Assembly: GCA_964016885.1 (NCBI GenBank)
Contig: OZ024741.1
Coordinates: forward strand, 400,024,001-400,088,000
Reading direction: 5' to 3'
Source: Eledone cirrhosa
Taxonomy: Eukaryota
DNA length: 64,000 nt
Part shown: piece after piece, positions 47,991 to 64,000 of the stretch
Numbering within the stretch: position 1 is the stretch's first letter
How the letters are laid out: every line of letters starts with the position of its first letter
Notes under the pieces: model-generated
The model's input: the letters and a program-made list of their open reading frames with translations, nothing else
Databases searched by the model: none
What the model was told of the DNA's origin: nothing
Position numbers and translations under genes: made by a program

Positions 47991-48856
47991 CTATATATAT
48001 ATACATATATACACACAAACCTATATATATACACACACCTATATATATATATACATATATATATATACACACACCTATATATATATATACATATATATAT
48101 ATACACACACACCTATATATATATATACATACATATATATACACACACCTATATATATATATACATACATATATATACACACACCTATATATATATATAC
48201 ATACATATATATATACACACCTATATATATATATATACATACATATATATATACACACCTATATATATATATATACATACATATATATATACACACCTAT
48301 ATATATATACATACATATATATATACACACCTATATATATATACATATATATATATACACACCTATATATATATACATATATATATATATACACACCTAT
48401 ATATATATATACATATATATATATATACACACCTATATATATATATATACATATATATATACACACCTATATATATATATATACATATATACACACCTAT
48501 ATATATATATATATACACACCTATATATATATATATATACACACCTATATATATATATATATACACACCTATATATATATATATATACACACCTATATAT
48601 ATATATATATACACACCTATATATATATATATATACACACCTATATATATATATATATACACACCTATATATATATATATATACACACCTATATATATAT
48701 ACACACCTATATATATATATATACACACCTATATATATATATATATATACACACCTATATATATATATATATATACACACACCTATATATATATATATAT
48801 ACACACACCTATATATATATATATACACACACCTATATATATATATATATACACAC

Positions 48857-48890
<34 letters not shown>

Positions 48891-49251
48891 CTATATATAT
48901 ATATATATACACACCTATATATATATATATACACACACACCTATATATATATATATACACACACACCTATATATATATATACACACACACCTATATATAT
49001 ATATATACACACCTATATATATATATATACACACCTATATATATATATATATACACACACCTATATATATATATATATATATACACACACCTATATATAT
49101 ATATATATATATACACACACCTATATATATATATATATATATACACACCTATATATATATATATATATATACACACCTATATATATATATATATATACAC
49201 ACACCTATATATATATATATACACACCTATATATATATATATATATACACA

Positions 49252-49318
<67 letters not shown>

Positions 49319-49341
49319 CTATATATATATATATATATATA

Positions 49342-49388
<47 letters not shown>

Positions 49389-49402
49389 CTATATATATAT
49401 AT
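47957..49402. repeat. ~1.45-kb ACACCT(AT)n array
   Basis: Seen directly. Confidence 0.97.
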
Positions 49403-49692
49403 ATTTTCTGTCTTAACGACATCACAACTTTCTCCGCTTGGCCTGTTCCCCCCCTTTTGGAACTTTCCCCCGTTGATGGGCGTGAGCCCGAAATATTGGG
49501 ATTAAATCTCCACTACGGTAACCCTTCTACCTTTGTTTTGTTTTCATCTTTGTCTCTCTCAATTTTCACTTTCACCTGTTTCTCCTATCTATCATTCACT
49601 TCCTACCTCGAGATTTCCCTCTGCATTGTTGTGGCTTTCTTAACTACGTATTTTACACATTTCACAATGCTTCAAGCAAACTTTAACACCCT

Positions 49693-49734
<42 letters not shown>

Positions 49735-49759
49735 ATATACATATATTTTTTTTTTTATG

Positions 49760-51480
49760 ACCATGCTGTAAAATGGAGGGGTAGAGAGGGCCCTTGAGTC
49801 TAGTAAGACATCCTCTCTAGTGCTGGTGGCACAAATAAAAGCACCCAGTCCATGCTGTAAAGTGGCGCTGGTGTTAGGAACGGCATCCAACCAGTGTATC
49901 AATGCCAAAACTCTTATCAGCACAGCAACAAATAGGAACAACAACAAAATATGAAGACATCGCATCTCAGAGTTGCAACACTTAATGTTGGCATTCTCAG
50001 AGGTAGATCTGCTGAAATAGCGGAGATGCTGGAGAGAAGGCAGGTGGATGTGTGCTGCGTGCAAGAGGTGAGATGAAGAGGTGCCTCTGCGAGACTAGTC
50101 GTAGGCAAGCGTCTTAGCTATAAGCTATTCTGGGTAGGTAAGGATGATGGGCTAGGGGGAGTAGGCATTTTCCTGGCTGAGAAATGGATCAATAAGACAA
50201 TAGAGGTAGTTTGAGTTAGTAATCGAATAATTAAGCTTAGATTAGTTGTAGGTAGGAGACTACTGACAATCATCTCGGCCTATGCTCCCCAAGCAGGCCT
50301 AGGCAAAGATGAGAAAGACTGTTTTTATGAGCAACTTTTGCAAACAACCGCAATGACAGAGGACGGAGACATTGTTATGCTAGCAGGAGACTTCAATGGT
50401 CATGTTGGACAACTCCAGGATGGTTACACTGGGGTACATGGTGGGCACGGTTACGGTTCAAGAAATGAGGAAGGAGACTTCTTGAATTTTGTGATGCGAG
50501 TACATTGACTATTTGCAACACAAACTTCCAGAAACCTGCCAATCACCTAATAACCTACAAATCTGGTGAGCACATAAGCCAGATTGACTTCCTGCTAGTT
50601 AGGCAGCGGGACAGGCAGATAGTGTCTAATACCAAGGCATACCCTGGGGAAGAATGTACCCCACAGCATAGGTTAGTTGTTAGTGATATCTCAGTAAGCA
50701 AGAGATGGAATGAGACATATAGGAAGGTGTGGAGAAGAAAGGTCTGGAAGCTAAAAGACCTTTCACTAAAATACAAATTTAGGAAAGCCCTTCAAGATGT
50801 ATATGACGAAAAAGAAGACGATTTAGAGACGTATGACATAGATAATAACTGGAATTTCTTACGTGACAACTTGCTGCAGGCTACTGATGAAACCTGTGGC
50901 TGGAGCAGGGCTCCAACCAGACAGAGAGTGACCTGGTGGTGGAACAGCACAGTAGATAAGGCTATTAGAGACAAAAGACTAGCATGGAAGGCTTGGAAAA
51001 AGGGTGGGAGTAGGGAAGAATATACAGCCACTAAGAGAAGGTAGACGTCAGGTGCACTTAGCACGCAGAGAGTAGGAGGTTTGCCAATGTCCTGCGACGG
51101 GAAGATCAGAGGCGTGCGGTGTTCCACATTGCAAAGCAGTGTGTCAATGCAAATCATGATGTTGTTGGAGATAAATGTGTCCGGGATGATGCCGATGTAC
51201 TTAGTGTCACGAATGATCAGACAAAGGAGGCCTGGAAATGTCATGATGAGAGACTGATGAATGTGGAGAACGAATGGGAAAGAGAGAAATTACCCTTCGT
51301 GGATCCGACAGAGGGACCAGCTATTGAGATTGACGAATATAGGGTCCAAGAGGCGATTAGGGAAATGAAAAATGGTAAGGCTGCAGCACCGTCGGGAATA
51401 GTTGCTGAGATGCTGAAGGCATCAGGGGACGTAGGCACTAAACTGGTTGCACGCATCATCAATCAGGCTATATATGGAGG
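49760..51480 (+). mobile_element. RTE lineage G, 5' half (APE to the start of RT), decayed
   Basis: LRVATLNVG, VQEVR, AYAPQ, AGDFNGH, TWWWN; several stops. Confidence 0.88.
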
Positions 51481-54400
51481 TTTTTACCGTGTTGCCTACA
51501 CGGCCACATTACAGCATGGACTGTGTGTATTTTTGTCGTGACACCTACACGATTTCATTTGTTTCGGCCTGGATGTTGTGACACCAACATAACTTTACAT
51601 TGAAAGGGGCGGTGTGGATGGGGTGGGGGTGGTGGGATGGGGTGTATTTTGTTAGAGATGCCTACTGACTGTAGTAGGTTTTACTTTGTATTTAGGTAAG
51701 GCGGGTCTTCTCTATTACTGAGTACCGCCAAAGGTCTCGGTCCAGTGACATTGTCTTGGAGAGGTGTAAGTGTGAGGTCGGAATTTATCAGCTCGTCCCA
51801 GGTTTTTCTGGGTCTGCCTACGCCGTAGCTACCGTCTATCTTTATTGCCCTGCACTTTGTTATACAGCTGTCGTCTTTCATGCGCATCACGTGACCATAC
51901 CAACGTAGCCTTCTCTCGAGTAAACAACATCTGATCCCTCTTATTTCTAATTTTTTCCTTAGTTCGCTTATGCTTTGCCGTTCACGTATGTTACTATTAC
52001 ACATCCAGCAGAGCATGCAAGCTTCGTTCCTCTCCAGTCTGCGTATATCCTCTGCACACAATGCCCAGGTCTCACTGCCATGCAACATTGCTGTTCGTAT
52101 GCAGGCATCATACAACCTGCCTTTCATTTTTAGGGAGAACCCTTTAGTGACTAATAGTGGTATAAGCTCTCTGAACTTTTTCCATCCAGTTCTGACTCTA
52201 GCTCCTGTACTTTCAGAGCACCCTCCCCCACTCCTGATTTTGTCACCCAGGAAACGGAAGCTGTCCACTATTTCTATAGAACCCTCTGCGCAATTGAAGG
52301 AGCTAGTATTTTGTGGGCACTTGCTGCTACTTATTGCACCAGAGCACCGGCCACATGTAAAATCTATGTTCTTAATTAGCTTACCTGTGATCCCACTACA
52401 TCTTTTATGTACCCATACTTTGCATTTGGGACATAAAATGGAGTTTCTACCTACGCCTTTCCTACACACTGAGCATGGCCATTTCCCGGAAGGGACCGTC
52501 GCCTTATTTTCTTTTCTACAAACTAGAACTTTAGTCTTAGCCAGGTTAATTTTAAGCCCTTTTGATTCTAGGCCGTGCTTCCATGTTTGGAATTTCTTCT
52601 CTAGCTCGGCCATTGATTCAGCTATGAGCGTTAGATCATCTGCGTATAGGAGTTCCCATGGGCAGCCGGTCTTGAACTCCACTGCTATAGCCTGAAGAGC
52701 AATAATAAATAGTAGGGGGCTAAGAACAGAGCCCTGATGTACACCAACTTTTACGCTAAACTCTTCACTATATTCGTTGTTAATTCTAACCTTGCTCACT
52801 GTTTCTTTATGCATGGCTTGTATAGCTCTCACAAGCCATTCGTCAACACCTAGTTTTCTAAGAGCCCACCAGATAATGGAACGGGGGACTCTGTCAAACG
52901 CTTTCTCCAAGTCAACAAAAGCTAAGTATAGGGGTTTACTTTTAGCTAGGTACTTCTCCTGTAGTTGTCGTACAATGAAAAGAGCGTCTGTGGTACTTTT
53001 GCCTGACACAAAACCGAACTGCATTTCATCTAGATCAATTCTCTCTCTGATTAGTTTCGCTATTACTTTTTCCGTGACCTTCATGACCTTGTCGATTAAT
53101 TTAATGCCTCTATAGTTACTCCTATCTAGGGCATCTCCTTTACCCTTGTAACAGTTAATGATGATGCTGCTACGCCAGTCCTTCGGAACAACCCCATTCT
53201 GTATGACTTGGTTTACTATCCGGGTGACCATGGTGTGTCCCACCGTTCCAGAGGCTTTCAGCATCTCGGCAATTATTTCCGAAGGCCCAGCCGCCTTGCC
53301 TGTCTTCATATCTTTGATTGCCTTACTTATTATACTACCTTCGACTAACACTGCTGGTCCCTCTATTGGATCGATGTGGGGGAGACTGTCTTTCTCCCAT
53401 TTATTCTCCTCATTTAGTAGCTTTTCGTAGTGACACTTCCAAGCTACCTTCTTATCAGCGTCAGTGATGGCAAGTACACCATCATTAAGTACACACTTCT
53501 CCCCGACAATATCACGGTTTTCATTGACACATTGCCTAGTAATCCTGAACACCTCACGTTTTTGGTCCTCACGTTGTAGAACATGCTTGAACTTTCTTTC
53601 CTCTGCTTCTCTTCTTGCAAAGTACACTTGTCTCCTAGCTTCCCTCCTGGCCACTTGATAGTCTTCTCTACTTCCCCCATCCCGCCATACTTTCCAAGCC
53701 TGCTTTTTGGCCTTAATTGACTCCTCCACCTTACTGTTCCACCACCATGTTACTCTCCTCCTACCTACAGGCCTGCTCCAGCCACAGACTTTGTCTGCCG
53801 CCGTCAGCAGGTTTGCTTTCAGGAATTCCCACTGTTCCTCTATATTATCTGACTAATTGCTCTTCCTTACTGTCGAAAGCATCAAGTAACATGCTTTGAA
53901 ATTTATTTCTGGCTGTGGGGTCCTTTAACTTCCATATTTTTCTCCTGAGGATAGTCCTCTTCTGTTGTCTAGTACGTCTCGTCCTGACTATGAGGTCGCT
54001 AATTAGCAGTCTATGTTGGGAGGTGCATTCTTTATGGGGGAGGGATTTAGTGTTTACAACAGACACTCTGTCACGTCCTCTGGTAAGGATATAATCTACC
54101 TGGCTGGTATGTTCCCCCGATCTGTAGGTGATCAAGTGATTGTCTCGTTTTTTGAAGTTAGTGTTACAGATAGTTAGGTTATTTGCATACAGAATTCCAG
54201 GATTCTGGAGCCTTCCTCATTTCTAGTACCAAACCCATAGCCTCCGTGGATTCCATCATAGCCGTCACAATGTTGACCAACGTGGCCATTTAGATCGCCA
54301 GCAATAATTATATAGTCACTGTCGGTTATTTGGGAGGTAGTGAGCATCAGTGTCTCATAGAATCTGTCTTTTATAGCGCCGGGCAGTCCGGATCGGGGCA

Positions 54401-55312
54401 CGTATGCCGATATTACTGTCACAGTAGTTCTATTTAGAACAAGTCTTATTTTAATTATTCTGTCATTTACTCTATTTACATCTATTATCTTATCCACCCA
54501 TTTTTCTGCTAACATTATTCCTACCCCACCTATCCCATTGTCATTTCCCACCCAGAAGAGCTTATAGCAACGTTTTTTACCCACAATGAATCTAGCAGTC
54601 CCGCCCCTCCGCCTGGTCTCTTGGATACAGCAAACATCAACCTCCTTATGTTCAAGCATTTCTACAACCTCGTTAGAGCGGCCTTTTAAGGTGCCTACAT
54701 TTATGGTACCAACTCTGAAGTTTTGGATTGTGTTTGGAGGATGGGGCGCAGGGATGGGTGAGAGGGATGGGGTTGGGGTTATGTTGGCCATCCGCGGCCG
54801 AAACAAAGAGAGGGACTTGCCCTTTCGTCCAGCAACATGAGGTGAATTTGTCATTATCTTTGGCATTGTCATCGAGTGTCCAGATTCTTCAGACTCTCCA
54901 GAAATTCCTTAGTCCATCCATCATATCGAAAAGCAGCCAGAAGTGATAGCATAGGCTATTGACTTGTGATTGGTCCAAATAATAAGGTGGAGAGTGGGGG
55001 CGGGAGGGAGGGGTATGGGGTAGTTAGCAAAGTGGGGTAGTTAAAAATATAGTTACAAATACAAGAAGATTATTTAGAAACAACCAGACAGAATTATAGA
55101 ATAGAATAAATATGAATGAATGAACCGATAGGCTGGAGAGAGATCAGAAAAATGGCATTTACATTATAATTCGCAGGAACGAGGTCTCACCATTTTTGAG
55201 CGTTGACAAATTCTGGGATTCTTACCTCGCTACAGGTTTATTTATATTTGGGGAGAGAAGGGAGTGATTGAAGGGGTGAACTAGCCAGCGCGTTACACGC
55301 TATAGTGGGGAC
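51476..55312 (-). mobile_element. RTE B-type copy H, near full-length, frameshifted, missing the terminal 3' tail
   Basis: ORFs 54174..54872, 53845..54135 and 51681..53729. Confidence 0.93.
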
Positions 55313-60415
<5,103 letters not shown>

Positions 60416-61028
60416 ATGGTGGCTGCCAACTCATTTTCGAGTACGGCCACTACTTTATATCCATGTAGGAGAACCCCCTACCGATGTGCTGAACGAGTGT
60501 GACTTTTTAGCCCAGCCAGCGACTTGAAAACTCTGGTACAAACACTACACTTGTGACAATTATTGACACATAGTGCTGGGCCCATGGTACCATGTGACGG
60601 CAAGTGCAGAGAGATCTCCAGATATAAAGCAATGCCTGTCCCGTGAAGCTTTTATAGTGAGCAAAGGCACTGCACAAAGCCAGTCCCACTCTCTTAACCA
60701 AGATGATATTTACCAAAAAGAAGAACAAGTCAACATCATTGGATACCATCAGGGTTGCAGGTGTTATATCAGAGTTTTCCTTCTCCTAGAATTCTGCCTT
60801 GACAAAGGCTAAGGGGTCATCTCTCCCAGTGATTTTGGATGGCCATTGACTCTTAAGAGCTCCTTTGCCCTTTGACAGGTTTTGTTTTTAGTCCTGCAGG
60901 ATGTCCAAAGTCACCCTCCTCACCAAGAAACCTTAGTGGGGTTGCCAGTTTAGTCGCCAACGACCCGACCATGAGACAGGTTGTACTGGGATACATGTTA
61001 CCAGTAGCAGCCAAGTGGTGACCTGACA
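60416..61028 (-). mobile_element. Bipartite non-autonomous RTE derivative, complete copy
   Basis: Structured 5' end, GGAGAAGGAAAACTCTGA motif, C2H2 remnant, tail. Confidence 0.82.
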
Positions 61029-61108
61029 TAAACACATATATATATATATACATACATATATATATACATACATATATATATACATACATACATACATACA
61101 TACATACA

Positions 61109-61142
<34 letters not shown>

Positions 61143-61147
61143 CATAT

Positions 61148-61178
<31 letters not shown>

Positions 61179-61295
61179 CATACATATATACATATATATA
61201 TACATACATATATACATATATATATACATACATATATACATACATATATACATACATATATACATATATATATACATATATATATACATACATAT

Positions 61296-64000
61296 CCCAT
61301 TCATTCAATCACTTCTATGTCCTAATTTCACACTATATCATATTTTCTCCATTATATATCATATCTTTTCTCTAAAAATCATACTTCCCCTACCACCGCA
61401 TTTTCTCTATCGTAATTTCTTAAACAAAACAAATCTTGTATTTTCGTTTATTGTTAAATCATGCCCAAAATACGGCGATCTTATCTTAATCCTTACATTC
61501 TCGCTAACAACCCATCATCCCTCCCTCCCGCCCCCACGCACCACCATTATTACGTGGACCAATCATAAGTCAGAGGCCCATACTATCGCTTAACTGGTTG
61601 CTTTTCGATATGATGGATGGACTACGGAATTCTGGAGAGTTGAAGAGAGAAAAATGTGGACGCTCAGCGACAATGCCAAAGATAAAGCCAAATTCACCTC
61701 GTGGACGAGAATGCAAGCACTCCTCCTTGTTTCGGCCCAGGATGGCTAACATAACCCCATCCCCCCCCGCGCCCCACCGCTCCACCCTCCAAACGCAATC
61801 CAAAACTTCAGAGTTGGTACCATGAATGTAGGCACCTTAAAGGGTCGCTCGAACGAGGTTGTAGAAATGCTTGAACGTAAGGAGGTCGATGTTTGTTGTA
61901 TTCAAGAGACCAGGTGGAGGGGAGGGTCGGCTAGATTCATCGTGGGTAAAGAGCGATGCTATAAGCTTTTCTGGGTGGGAAATGACAATGGGTTGGGTGG
62001 GGTAGGAATCATGGTAGCAGAAAAGTGGGCAGATAAGATAATAGACGTAAATAGAGTGAACGACAGAATAATTAAAATAAGACTTGTCCTCAATAAAACT
62101 ACGGTGACAGTAATATCTGCGTACGCACCCCAATCCGGACAGCCCCGCGCTATAAAAGACAGATTCTACGAGACACTGATGCTCGCTACCTCCCAAATAA
62201 CCGACAGTGACTATATAGTTATTGCAGGCGACCTAAATGGTCACGTTGGACAACATTGTGACGGCTATGACGGAATCCATGGAGGCTATGGGTTCGGTAC
62301 TAGAAATGAGGAAGGCTCCAGAATCCTGGAATTCTGCGACGCAAATAACTTAACTATCTGTAACACTAACTTCAAAAAACGAGACAATCACTTGATCACC
62401 TATAGGTCGGGGGAACACACAAGCCAGGTAGATTATATCCTTACCAGAAGACGTGACAGAGTGTCTGTTGTTAACACTAAATCCCACCCCCATGAAGAAT
62501 TCACCTCCCAACATAGACTGATAATTAGCGACCTCATAGTCAGGACGAGACGTACTAGACAGCGAAAGAGGACTATCCTCAGGAGAAAAATATGGAAGCT
62601 AAAGGACCCCATAGCCAGAAATAAATTTCAAAGCAAATTACTTGACGCTTTCGACAGTAAGGAAGAGCAATTAGAGTCGTATAATATAGAGGAACAGTGG
62701 GAATTCCTGAGAGCAAACCTGCTGACGGCGGCAGACGAAGTCTGTGGCTGGAGCAGGCCTGTAGGTAGGAGGAGAGTAACATGGTGGTGGAACAGTAAGG
62801 TGGAGGAGTCAATTAAGGCCAAAAAGCAGGCTTGGAAAGTATGGCGGGATGGGGGAAGTAGAGAAGACTATCAAGTGGCCAGGAGGGAAGCTAGGAGACA
62901 AGTGTACTTCGCAAGAAGGGAAGCAGAGGAAAGAAAGTTCAAGCATGTTCTACAACGTGAGGACCAAAAACGTGAGGTGTTCAGGATTGCCAGGCAATGT
63001 GTCAAGGAAAACCGTGATATTGTCGGGGAGAAGTGTGTACTTAACGATGATGGCATACTTGCCATCACCGACGCTGATAAGAAGGTAGCTTGGAAGTGTC
63101 ACTACGAAAGGCTTCTAAATGAGGAGAACAAATGGGAGAAAGATAGTCTCCCCCAGATCGATCCAATAGAGGGACCAGCAGTGTTAGTTGAAGGTAGTAT
63201 AATAAGTAAGGCAATCAAAGATATGAAGACGGGTAAGGCGGCTGGGCCTTCGGAAATAGTTGCTGAGATGCTGAAGGCATCTGGTTCGGTGGGACACACC
63301 ATGGTCACCCGGATAGTTAACCAAGTCGTACAGAATGGGGTTGTTCCGAAGGAATGGCGTAGCAGCATCATCGTTAACTGCTATAAGGGAAAAGGAGATG
63401 CCCTAGATAGGAGTAACTATAGAGGCATTAAATTAATCGACCAGGTCATGAAGGTCACGGAAAAAGTAATAGCGCAACTAATCAGAGAGAGAATTGATCT
63501 AGATGAAATGCAGTTCGGGTTTGTGTCAGGCAAAAGTACCACAGACGCTCTTTTCATTGTACGACAACTACAGGAGAAGTACCTAGCTAAAAGTAAACCC
63601 CTATACTTAGCTTTTGTCGACTTGGAGAAAGCCTTCGACAGAGTCCCCCGTTCCATTATCTGGTGGTCTCTTAGAAAACTAGGTGTTGACGAATGGCTTG
63701 TGAGAGCTATACAAGCCATGTATAAAGAAACAGTCAGTAAGGTTAGAATTAACAACGAATATAGTGAAGAGTTTAGCGTAAAAGTTGGTGTCCATCAGGG
63801 CTCTGTACTTAGCCCCCTACTATTTATTATTGCCCTTCAGGCTATAACAGAGGAGTTCAAGACCGGCTGCCCATGGGAACTCCTATACGCAGATGATCTA
63901 ACGCTCATAGCTGAATCAATGACCGAACTAGAGAAGAAATTCCAAACGTGGAAGCACGGCCTAGAATCAAAAGGCCTTAAAATTAACCTGGCTAAGACTA
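61296..64000 (+). mobile_element. RTE B-type copy I, full 5' end, one frameshift near 61780, runs off the window
   Basis: MPKIKPNSPRGR start; APE and RT (to YADD) read in the shifted frame to the window end. Confidence 0.93.

Noticed and set aside
60908-61024. HDV-like or twister ribozyme assignment
   Set aside because: Lacks the HDV P3/L3-P1.1 pattern and the twister UAA and GUCCCAAGC motifs; kept only as an unclassified fold

Overview
AT-rich eukaryotic genomic DNA. The SINE repertoire and very long (TA)n arrays suggest a cephalopod such as Octopus (inference). It is not prokaryotic, and I found no CRISPR, rRNA or true tRNA. A host gene on the minus strand, largely missed by the ORF track, can be assembled from six coding exons (25156 to 7483; 587 aa) with GT-AG junctions and compatible phases. 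Its introns hold a near full-length decayed CR1-clade LINE, a Naiad-type Penelope-like element (PLE) with an inverted pseudo-LTR, MITEs and SINEs. From 25.5 kb to the end, the window is a pile-up of ten RTE-clade LINE copies, almost all embedded in (TA)n-type microsatellites. One copy has an intact full-length ORF, and every copy that spans the region has a C4HC3 PHD finger inserted in the RT C-terminal part. The most interesting signals are: a non-canonical hammerhead-like motif (CAGAAGA core) conserved in three PLE-derived copies; a conserved multibranch RNA fold at the 5' end of a bipartite non-autonomous RTE; apparent shuttling of one sequence module between an RTE 5' end, a SINE body and RTE 3' UTRs; and RTE/microsatellite co-expansion that generates kilobase inverted repeats. 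All identities are from manual inspection only.
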